61,318 bases of DNA from Conidiobolus incongruus B7586. Taxonomy: Eukaryota. Made by a program: the position numbers and the translations under genes. The notes under the pieces were generated by a model. That model did not search any database and had not been told where the DNA came from. It saw nothing but the letters and a program-made list of their open reading frames with translations. This document shows positions 51,064 to 61,318 of this stretch, piece by piece (the first letter of the stretch is position 1; each line of letters begins with the position of its first letter). The stretch is from positions 1 to 61,318 of the forward strand of contig JNEM01008905.1 in NCBI GenBank assembly GCA_000697335.1, in the 5' to 3' direction.

Positions 51064-51402
51064 TGTGACTATATTAATACGTTTTGGGGAAGCCGTGTCC
51101 AGAGTAGTTTAGATAAAAGAGAGATCTGGGGAATTCCAGGTAAGTGTTAGGGAGACAGGGGTTTATTGGTTTGGGTCAAATGACTGGAAGGACATAGATC
51201 AAACTCCTCTTGTTGAGGATTGCTCTAATTCCGGGTTTTATATAGAGTGACTTGGGTAAAGTGATTCATGAAATTTTCTGGTGACTTGTATCATCGGTCA
51301 ATTAGAAGATAGAGCTGGAGCAGATGGTATGAGAGGAAATGACTTTAACATTAAGTTGATATAGAAAAACTTGAGGAAAAGGGAGTATCCTGGCTCGTGA
51401 CA
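51064..51402 (-). mobile_element. Probable solo LTR (~339 bp), antisense to the downstream amidase
   Basis: Minus strand begins TGTCACGAG, the same first 9 nt as the LTR at 34844, and ends ...GTCACA. TATATAAAA followed by AATAAA on the minus strand; GC-richer island. No clean TSD, so the left end is uncertain. Confidence 0.65.
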
Positions 51403-51629
51403 ATATGAAGATTATGTTCAATAATGACAAATTAAAAGACACTATGTAAATAGGAGGTTCTGTTTAATAATGATATAAACATGTATATTTAAATAATGGG
51501 AATTTCTTTCAGGTTTTTCTTTAATTTTCATGTTTAATAAATCAAATGAAAATATAATAAATTGAACTGTCAATATAATTATAAAATTAATGATAATACT
51601 AAAAACCTAATTTAATAATAGAAATCAAA

Positions 51630-53297
51630 ATGAAATTGGATTTAAATCATATTAGCGAATATTCAGCAGCCCAAATCGCTGCTTCGGTACGCTCTAGAGA
51701 GGTTAAAGCTGTAGACGTTTTGAAAGCTGTGCGCCACAAAGCTGAGAAGTCCAGTGATTTGAACTGTATTGTTCAGTTCTTGGACGATTACGCATTTCCT
51801 AAGGCCGATTGGATCGATGACCAACTTGCCAAAGGTGCTGAATTCAGTCAAGAAGAATACCCATTATTAGGTGTCCCTATCAGTGTTAAAGATTGCTTCG
51901 GTATTCAAGGCTATGATAATACTATTGGACTTTCGCGTTTTAAGGGAGTGATCAATGAGCAGACTCATCCCTTGATCATTCTATTGGAGAAGTCAGGTGC
52001 TGTTCCATTCTGTACCACTCACGTATGCCAGTTTATGGGTACTTTAGGATCTACCAACTCACACGGTGTTACTTACAACCCATACAACCATAAGTTCACA
52101 GCTGGTGGGAGTAGCAGTGGCGAAGGTGCATTAATTGGCTCTGATGGAAGTATTTTGGGTATTGGTAGCGATGTTGGCGGTAGTATTAGAATTCCCGCTG
52201 CGTTTTGTGGTATTTATGGATTGAAGCCAACTCCTAAGAGATGGATAGAAGTTGGTGATAGAAATACTACTCCGGGACAAGAGGGAATTCTTGCCACTAC
52301 CGGTCCTCTTGTCAAGCATGTTGAGGACCTTGACTTGACTGTTAAAGCTGTTTTGGATAAAAAACCTTGGGAAGTTAGCTCCTGGGTCATTCCACTCCCA
52401 TATCGAGAGGTGGACCTCCCAAAGAAACTCCGAATTGGATATTATACCTCGGATGGGAAATTCCCAGTCACTCCCGCTTGCGAACGTGCAATTATGATGG
52501 CTGTCGAGGCCCTCAAAGCCGCTGGTCACGAAGTATTCCCATACAATGAACCAGCAATCACCTCATCAGCACCTATGTACATGGGATATTTGGGTTTGGA
52601 CAAATCTCGTCCCAGATTGGAAGTACTCAAATCTGGCGACAAATTAACGCCTGAACACTTCCTTCTTACCTTGCCACATCGTTTACCCAAATGGATTATG
52701 TGGTTGATATCTGGTGCCATCAAGCACATTTTGGGAGAAAAGGAATTGGGTGATGTTCTTTGGAATTACACCTCTGGAGATATCCACACTCACTTTAAAC
52801 TCAATGTGGAACGTGCAAAATTGGAACAAGAGCATTTCAATGCTTGGAATAATGCAGCAGCTGACGACGGTACACCAATGGACTTCGTCATCTGTCCAAT
52901 CAGTCCTCTCCCCTCTTTCTCTCATCATACGTTTATCGAACTCGGCTTAGGCTATGGATATTCATTCATATACAATCTTTTAGGTAACACCACTGGTGTG
53001 ATTCCTGTCACTCGTGTCAATCGTGACATTGACAGTATTGACGACTTGGACACCTGGCTTCAAGAAAAGATCTCTCCCGACTATAATGACGGCTTATTGC
53101 GCCAAAAGAAACTCTATTCTCACTATGATGTTGATCATATGCATGGCCTTCCCATCGCAATCCAAGTAGTTGGTAGGAAATTTGAAGAAGAAAAGGTTGC
53201 TAAAGGAATGGCTGTTATTGATCAAATTTTGAAAGAATATGATCAACCTCACAAATACCAACCTTATGCAGAATATCAAAAACAAGCTCAAAATTAA
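51630..53297 (+). CDS. Amidase-signature enzyme, FAAH/acetamidase-like (copy 3)
   Basis: 555 aa, colinear paralog of 43620..45287 with intact PISVKD, GGSSSGEG and GSDVGGSIRIPA. Confidence 0.95.
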   Translation: MKLDLNHISEYSAAQIAASVRSREVKAVDVLKAVRHKAEKSSDLNCIVQFLDDYAFPKADWIDDQLAKGAEFSQEEYPLLGVPISVKDCFGIQGYDNTIGLSRFKGVINEQTHPLIILLEKSGAVPFCTTHVCQFMGTLGSTNSHGVTYNPYNHKFTAGGSSSGEGALIGSDGSILGIGSDVGGSIRIPAAFCGIYGLKPTPKRWIEVGDRNTTPGQEGILATTGPLVKHVEDLDLTVKAVLDKKPWEVSSWVIPLPYREVDLPKKLRIGYYTSDGKFPVTPACERAIMMAVEALKAAGHEVFPYNEPAITSSAPMYMGYLGLDKSRPRLEVLKSGDKLTPEHFLLTLPHRLPKWIMWLISGAIKHILGEKELGDVLWNYTSGDIHTHFKLNVERAKLEQEHFNAWNNAAADDGTPMDFVICPISPLPSFSHHTFIELGLGYGYSFIYNLLGNTTGVIPVTRVNRDIDSIDDLDTWLQEKISPDYNDGLLRQKKLYSHYDVDHMHGLPIAIQVVGRKFEEEKVAKGMAVIDQILKEYDQPHKYQPYAEYQKQAQN

Positions 53298-54697
53298 GAT
53301 TTTTATTCCTGCTTTTTATATATTAATATTATTTTTAAATAAATCACCAATATTTATTAAGTGAGATCCAAAGTAACGACCCATTTTTGAATAGCTATTA
53401 CCCAACAGTAAATGAATACTTAACTATGTCATTTTTTTATTATACTTTAGTCAATTCAAAATAAAAAAATATATTAAATTGTATTTATTTTCAATTAATT
53501 ACATTCTATCTTTGAGTTTTATATTTATCATTTTGTAAAAATGATATATTCTTTCAAAATTTAGATATATTATATTGAGCAATATCATTTTACAAAATAT
53601 ATTAAAAATTTATAATTTGATATACATATTAAAGATTAACCAAAAATATCACCTAAATTAACAATAAATATGTGCAATTAAAATTAAAATATTTATTTCA
53701 AATTCATAATAATCAAAAAAACAAAATACAACAATTTTGATTATTATATATATTAGATTTGTACTAAATTGAAATCATATTTTAATATAATATCACTAAG
53801 TAAATTCAATTTATACAAAAAAATAATGAATAAATTTTCAATTTTAATTAATATTGTTCTATTCTGATTAAAAAAATAACTACACCTTAAACAAGAATAA
53901 TACATAATATAATGTAAATATTTTCATTAAATATATATCTAATATTTTTTCAATATCATAATTATAGAAATTATGTACTTGTATATGCTTAATATTTACT
54001 GAATACCTTGATCAATTTGTTATATATTAAAAAATCATCCTGACAAATATAATTATATATAGTTAGAAAAATTAATATATATTTTAATCCCAATTTTATT
54101 TTAATATAATTTTAGATAATAAAAAAATTCAACTGTGATAGATATTAAAACTATTGACAAAATGCAGCATTATTAGAATACAGTTCACTATTTAAAATAA
54201 CAAAGTAATATTATTTGAATTACCCAACAATAATATTTCTTTGATAAATATGACATTAATTCATAAATAGTTCTAAAATATACCCTTGAAAACAATTTTT
54301 TGAAGGAAATTCACTGATAATATAATCTCAATTTCATTTGAAATTATAAATTGAATTTTGGTCATAATTAAAAAAATAAATATTTATTCACTATCAAAGG
54401 CTATACAATATCTATATTATGTATTATATCATTGATGTATAGTTATTAATTTATGAGTATACCATCTTTGCTTTATTCCTATCAATATTTCGATTACAAT
54501 AATAATTTTAAAATAATCATACTGGTTTGGTTCCAACCAAATAATAATTTTAGATTTATGAATATTAATACTAATAAAATGGAATAATAAAAGTATAATT
54601 GAAAAACAGTAAAAAATAATTAAGGGTAAAATGATGTCTATATATTAGCGAAAATAGTTTACAAAAATATCATTAATAATTCTAAGTAGATAAAGGA

Positions 54698-55829
54698 TTA
54701 AATATCGTATACTTTGATATTTCTCATTTCGTGTTGCTTTTGATCTTGAGTATCAACATTCTGTTGTTTTCCCATTCTTTTCGCCCTTAATTCGGCTTTC
54801 TTGTGCTTCTTGTAGAGTTGTTCTTCTTCATCGTCACTGAATTCTAATTCATGTTCACCTACTTCTTCGTCGTACAAATTGCTAGCGTCACTTCCCTTCA
54901 TCTTTCTAAGTTGTTGAATTTCGACGGGTTTGCTGAGGTTGAGGACGAAATAAACTTCAGTGCCTTCCTTGAATTGAGAGGCGCGATCTGCATGAACAAG
55001 TATGGAGTACCAAGGATCGTGAACGGGACCAAATGTTTCGTGGACTGTGCCAAGAATGGTTAAATCGCTGAGAACTAGAGTACTGTCAAGATCAAGTGCG
55101 AAATGATTAAATTGAGGTGATGATTTGACAACAACCGTCCATGTTGTAGTATTCAAACTAGTTTTAGAGTATATTGTACCCAAGGGATGAATTGGAGTGT
55201 CCAAGGGAAGTGGCTCTGAGGGTAATTCTGGAGCAGACACTGTCTTCGTCTCGTGTTCACTTAAGATTGGTTGGGTTGGTTTGGGACCTTCGTCAAAATC
55301 CTCGAGATCGTCAAGATTTACAGATCCTTCGGAATCTGATTCTTCATCAGAGCCGGCACTATGTTTAATATAAGCAAAAATAAAATAATTTTGATAAATT
55401 TAATGATTACCTTGAAAGTGGTATATCAGGTACGTCAGAATCGTATTGAACATCTTTGTCAGCATTCATAAAATCATCTTCAGAATCATCATTAGCTTCA
55501 TTAGCAATTTCTTGATTATTAATTCCATCATCGTCATAAAAATCTTCACTAGAACTCTCAGATTCGTTTTCTTTAGCTTGCTGGCTATTATTTTCATTAT
55601 CCAAATTTCCTTCAATATTAAGGATTGTGTGAGTATTGCTCTGATCTATTTGATTATCTTCACAATCGCTAACTATAGGAGAGAAACAAACTTCATTATC
55701 TTCAGTAATATCCTTTATAATTTCTTGAATTTCGTTATCATTTTTTAAATTATTTAAATTTTCTTGATTTTGAAATTCTGAATTAATTAGTTCATCATTT
55801 GACAAATTTTTTGAGCTATTAATATCCAT
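54698..55829 (-). CDS. NAF1: H/ACA snoRNP assembly factor Naf1; exons 55829..55411 and 55358..54698
   Basis: Acidic N terminus joined in frame by a 52-nt GT-AG intron. Gar1/Naf1 core LGTVHETFGPVHDPWYS and the Naf1 motif KGSDASNLYDEEVGEHELEFSDDEEE. Confidence 0.92.
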
Positions 55830-56882
55830 TATTTGTGTTTTTGAATTAATTATGATTACTATTATTTGTGGTTTTTTTTATTAAATCTGAGGAAATTCAA
55901 AATATCAATAAAATTTTTATGGATTTAGAGATTGATTTAACAAATTATGGGATGTCAAATATTAATTGTTTAAATTAGCAGATAATTATCGATTAATGCA
56001 AATAACAAAATCATGCAAAGAATTACCCAACACAAAAATTTTTGATCCAAAAAAAATTCTTTTAGCCTAAAAAACCAGGATTTTAAATAATATTTTTTTG
56101 AATTAAGACACAATTTTTAATGGCAAAAAATTGAAATAAACCAAAATTTAATATCTTGTCATTATCATTACTACGTAATCAATATTTTTACCAAAGTGTA
56201 TTCAAAATAGGTAAATACGTTTATAAGTGTACTTACTTTTCCTAGTTAATCAATCAATAACAAAAGAAAACAAGATTAAATATTTAATACAGCAGTAAAG
56301 GTTTAGTTAAAAGATATAATATTTCTATTTTTTAAATAATAATGTAATTTCATTTGTTGAGAAATTATTTTGAAAGTTTCTAATAATTGGAATAGTAAAA
56401 GAGCTTACTCAAAAATGATTAATTAATGCATTTAGATTTTATACCTTATAAAAACACCAAACCTATTAAATTTAAAACTAACAGCAAATGAACTATTCAG
56501 GAAGAAGTACTCATTGCAGTATTTTAGCATTGAATATTGAAATAAATTAAAATCGAAATAATTGTCAACTAATCAAAAAAAATTTCCTATATTGACACAA
56601 TTAGCCAATTGGAACGGGAGTGAGCTTGAGCTATGGATTTAATTACTGAATAAATTAGGCGTTATTAGAATAGGGGGAGATTCGAGTTTAAAGGGAGATT
56701 ATTATGAAGATCTTAATTTTATGGAATTGACATTATATAAACCCTGGGTTATCCTCATATCTCAATATTTCATTGTTATAGTCCAAATTATTTTTATTTT
56801 AATTTATTTGAATATATAACTTTAAATCAAAAACTCTTTCATAATATATAATAATATCTATTATTTAATACAGCATACCATC

Positions 56883-57266
56883 ATGGCAATTAAATTTGGA
56901 TCCATTTTACCCAAATTCTCTTTGAAGCGTGGCAAATCCAAAGGAAGTGAAGAGCTAATATCAAGCGACGAATTTACACCAGCTCCAGTGAATTTATTCC
57001 CAAGCCCTCCAGAACCTTCCAAAAAGCATCGACGTACTAATTCATTCACCAAGCCCGTGGTCACATTCTCCAACTATATTTCCAGATCACTGAGTTTCAA
57101 AAAGCGCCCAAAATATTCCTTTAATGACTCTCCAGACTTCAACTCCAAAACGAATCTACCTACATTCGCTCAAACCTTCGATGATTCGAGCTCCTTCATC
57201 AGCCAACAAGATACTAGGGAATATAATTTGCCTTCCCCTTTATTTAATCGACCAATGAGCTTGTAG
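56883..57266 (+). CDS. Small basic Ser/Pro-rich hypothetical protein (127 aa)
   Basis: ATG in context accatcATGG, coding-like GC island, upstream CCAAT (56605) and TATATAA (56734). No family recognised. Confidence 0.7.
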   Translation: MAIKFGSILPKFSLKRGKSKGSEELISSDEFTPAPVNLFPSPPEPSKKHRRTNSFTKPVVTFSNYISRSLSFKKRPKYSFNDSPDFNSKTNLPTFAQTFDDSSSFISQQDTREYNLPSPLFNRPMSL

Positions 57267-57677
57267 ACTAAATTTCTCCTCATTACAACAATTCGTGTAA
57301 ATAATAATCAACAATATCAATTCAACTGCTCAAGTATCACTATTTGATGTATCTACTGTAATAGAATTTGATTTACGGCTAATTTAAAATGGTACATTTT
57401 TCAACACCTCCTCCATATTTTAGTCATTTCATTTATTACACACACAACAAACAAACTATGTAGATTATTCAAAGAGATTTAACTCTTTTTAATTAATAGA
57501 AATTGGAAATAAACTATAATTTAATCGTAAATATACTCATATATTTTATAATTTATATAATTATAATATAACAAAAATAATGAATAACAAATTTAATAAG
57601 TTTTCAAAATAAAATAATATAAATTTGATTGAATTTTATATTCCATACATTTATCAAGGAATGGTTAATAATTAATG

Positions 57678-57680
<3 letters not shown>

Positions 57681-57731
<51 letters not shown>
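57681..57731. repeat. (AAT)17 microsatellite
   Basis: Perfect trinucleotide run. Confidence 0.95.
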
Positions 57732-57732
<1 letters not shown>

Positions 57733-59236
57733 TACTCTACTTTTGATAAAAGTTTAATATTTTTTAATATTGAAAACATCTCACAATATCTTATATTATT
57801 AATCTATACAATTTGATAAAATTACTGGCTATTCAATTCATTTACATTAACCCATATTTACCCTAAAATACACACCCTATATTTTAAATAAAATTTTACT
57901 CCTTTAATTGCCAAATAACTAGAATCATAATAAATGAATGTTAAATTTTTTTAGTTCAATAAATAAAATAAAATATTCAATTCTTGTTATTCATTACCCC
58001 TTAATTATTATATTTTTATTCTTTTAAAAAACTAAAATTAGTTGATGAAATTAGTAATTGTAGAATATATTGAGAATATAGAAAAGAGAATTACTCTTAT
58101 TAATTAAATTTAATAATTTATTATTTGAAATTAATACAAAATATCATTTATTTTTTGATATCGCCACAGGCATAGCATTTAATAAATGCAATAAACATAA
58201 TATATTTGGTGTAATACTAGCATTTATTGGTTAATTCAGTTAATATATAATGCTCAAGGCAAAGATAGCATTTGACACTATGTATAAATGCTGTATATGC
58301 AGTCTCAAGATGTTATCTGAATTGATTTAATAAATACATGTACATAAATTAGTAATTATGATAATAACTTATATTGCTTGTAAATGGCACTTGATTATTG
58401 AAAATATATTTTTCTTATTAAAATTTAACTACACATTATCAGTTGCATAGTTATATTATAATTATCAGGTTATTATTTTTGGCTATATTGATTTTATATA
58501 ATATTTTACCCTTGGTATATTATTTAATTTTTGAATATTCATGAATTGAATATAAGTTGAATAATTTAGCAATTTTTATTATTAGAATATAACGAATCAT
58601 TTATAAAATCATAATAATTAAAAATATAATTAATTAATTGTTCAAATATATTATATTTATTATCGAATCTAATTTTTTTTCCTTCAAAAATTCTTAATTT
58701 TCATTTAATTTTTAATAATTTTAATATTTTTATTTGCTTTAATTGTAAAAATGACACAATTTGAAAATGTTTTCAAAAATTAGATGGACAAAGCTATAAA
58801 AAATATTGTACAATTGATTTTAGTTTTTAAAAGTTAATAAATTAAAAGGTTAGATATATATCAAAAATAATTGGCAGTATTAATGAATTATATAATCTTT
58901 ATATATATTTCAAAAATGGGATCAATTTTAAGCATTTATCAACATCATTTGTTTAATTTGATTCTAAATATTTGTTAATATTGATACTGTTGCATTTTGC
59001 TTCTTCAAATAAACAAGAACAAGAAACTAGTCCTAAGAACCATCATAAAGAAACACTATTAATCAGCTATGTCTCTATAAACCCCTAAATATCTTTAAAT
59101 ATATCAGTGGCTCTTATCATAGAAACTTATCTTTTAATTTTATTGGTGTTGAAATTAAATAATGGCATAATTTTGAAATTAAAATTAAATAAATAAATTA
59201 ATAAATAATATATAAAAATTAATAGATAATATAGAA

Positions 59237-60280
59237 TTAATAGCCTCTTTTATTATTATAAACTTTTCTTTATACTTTTAGTAAACTTTTAATATCTAAA
59301 AAACAGTTTTTTTATTAAAGACTAAAATTTGATGTTTTTTAAATTAATTTGATTTATTTGCAAGGATTTTTTCTTATAAGCTATTTTTAAATTATTTAAA
59401 ACAATCATAATTATATAAGTTCTAATTAAGTGAATATAATAGATATAATAACTCTCTCTAGTTTTTTATATAAAAAATCTTTTATAGCTTTAACTTTAAG
59501 TATTTTATAGTTATTATGTAAAATAATAAGTGTTATTAATTTATATTAAAAATATTATTTAAAAATTATTTTATTTAAAAAAATAATATATAATTAAATA
59601 TTAATTAATTTTTCTTGAAATATTGAATAAGGAAATTATATACTATTATAATCTATTACAATAATTAATATTCACTTATATTTAAAGGGTTTATTTATTA
59701 AAATTTACAAAAAGATTTAATTTAGCTTAATTTAATATTTTGTTTTATTTTTAAGTAAAAAATTATATAAAGATATTCAAAATTTATTAATTATAAAAAT
59801 TTAGTATAAAAACCTTTGTTTTTAATTATACTTTAATAACTTTAATTTAACTATAATTACTTTAATTTTTTTAAGCTTTTATTAAATTATATAGTATTTA
59901 TTTTATATTTTTATTAATTAAATTAAGTTTAAACTTAAGTATATATATAATATACATGTATAATTAATATTAAATTGCTGTAATAGTTTTTTAACAAAAA
60001 TAAAAAGATATTTTTTAATATATTTTTTTACTTTATTTGTAAATTAAAGAATAATAGTAAAAATTAATTTTTTAAATTTTAGCAAATTTTAAATAATATC
60101 CTTTTTAATATTAAAGTCACTAATTTAGTGATATATGGTAGTTTTAGATAAAACACTATCTTGATAAACTATTTGTAAGTTTTAAATGATTTTAAAAGGT
60201 TTATAATTAAGTTTTAAAAATACAAAAATAAAAACTTTATGATAATCACTATCTAATTTAAGCATAATTAAATTTAAGTA
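59237..60280 (-). mobile_element. Hypermutated mariner transposase relic B
   Basis: 59237-59530 aligns by eye with 60943-61240. Motif ghosts lie at the expected spacing: K*ILYNL (WIPHNL) at ~59885-59905, IFIINKF*ISLYN (DESW) at ~59761-59800, LHNN (HDN) at ~59510 and YSLN (YSPD) at ~59430. 5' limit approximate. Confidence 0.8.
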
Positions 60281-60942
60281 TAAATTTTAAAATCAAAATA
60301 TTTTAATAAAAAATAATTAAATATATATATATATATATATATAGTTTCAAAATATATATTATGTTTAAAAGGTTAAAAATTAAAAAATATTTTTATTTTT
60401 TAATCTCTATACTAATATTAATTAAAATTACATCTTTACTACCAATTATCCTCTTTTTTATCTCTAATACTTTCAAGAATAATATTTTTTTTCTTATTAT
60501 ATTACTTATATTATTTTTTAACATATTAAAAATTATTCTATTTAATATATTTTTTAGGATCATAAAATTAAATTTTGTTACTATCTTTTTTTATTTTATT
60601 TATTATTATATAGCTTTATATCATAACCATCATTTATTCTAATTTGCTTATTTTATAATTAATTATATATGATAGGTAAAACTATCTAGTTATTATAACT
60701 TAGCTAATCCCCTTAACATTTAAAGCTATAGACCACATAATTACCTATATTTTTGAAAGTTAAGATAAGATTATAAATCTAATAATAATACTCCTTACCA
60801 ATCTTATTACAGATAAATTATATATATATTTGAATAATAATAATAATATTACTCTGTATTTTTAATAATGGGAATTTTTTGCAATTAAAAATAAATAAAC
60901 ATTTGAATATATGATATATAAAAATAAATATATAATATAAAT

Positions 60943-61318
60943 TTAATAGTTTCCTTTATTATTAATAACTTTTTACTATACTTTTAACAAACTTCTAACA
61001 CTTAAAAAACAATTCTTTTTATTAAAGACTGAAATTTAATGTTTCACAAACCAATTAAATTTTCCTGTAGAAATTTTCTTTCTTGTAAACTAGTTTTTTA
61101 ATTGCCTAAAACAATTATAATCACATAGGTTATAATCAGGGGAATATACTAGATGTGGTATTTTTTTCCAGTTATTTTTAATTAGAAAGTTTTTTACAGC
61201 TTTAGATTTATGTATTTTGCAATTATCATGCAAAATAATAGGTTTTCTCAAATTATATTGAGAACACTAATTAGAAATACTTTTATTTAAAAAAACAATA
61301 TATAGTTTACTATTAATC
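60943..61318 (-). mobile_element. Mariner (DD34D) transposase relic C, 3' part, continues beyond the window
   Basis: PIILHDNCKIHKSKAVKNFLIKNNWKKIPHLVYSPDYNLCDYNCFRQLKN* has exactly 34 residues between D (61225-61227) and D (61120-61122). C terminus KVINNKGNY*. Confidence 0.88.

Noticed and set aside
29161..53297. SMS-like gene, porters and amidases as a metabolic gene cluster
   Set aside because: There is no backbone enzyme or regulator, the spacing is wide and transposon-filled, and local tandem duplication explains the layout.
42196..60642. AT-rich ORFs at 42196, 49071, 50640 and 60361
   Set aside because: Their I/F/Y/N/K-biased composition is typical of chance frames; 60361 is probably antisense to decayed sequence.
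1..61318. tRNA, rRNA, CRISPR or telomeric arrays
   Set aside because: No cloverleaf, rRNA-like, repeat-spacer or telomere-like pattern was recognised by eye; small ncRNAs could have been missed.

Overview
AT-rich eukaryotic (fungal) genomic DNA with short (~50-65 nt) GT-AG introns and the standard code. The style suggests an early-diverging fungus such as a Conidiobolus-like entomophthoralean, which is an inference only. Genes in order: G-protein alpha subunit, HRD3/SEL1L, an orphan Ser/Thr-rich secreted or GPI-like protein, ILV3, a signal+Kelch+TM protein, a vacuolar-type MFS sugar porter, Rictor/Avo3 (~27 introns), a sphingomyelin-synthase-family protein, two more tandem sugar porters, an amidase array (gene, chimeric pseudogene, gene), NAF1 and a small orphan ORF. 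Intergenic DNA holds three mariner transposase relics (one with measurable DD34D spacing, one saturated with C>T/G>A changes), three solo-LTR-like islands and a MITE-like element. Best leads: (1) an AUG-less in-frame mitochondrial presequence on ILV3; (2) transposon-restricted RIP-like hypermutation that spares near-identical gene duplicates; (3) a sugar-porter paralog homogenised by gene conversion except at substrate-lining helices, including a TM8 Gln>Lys change; (4) animal-type mariners in a fungus; (5) shared, orientation-specific promoter motifs. No tRNA, rRNA or CRISPR was recognised. All calls were made by eye without database searches.
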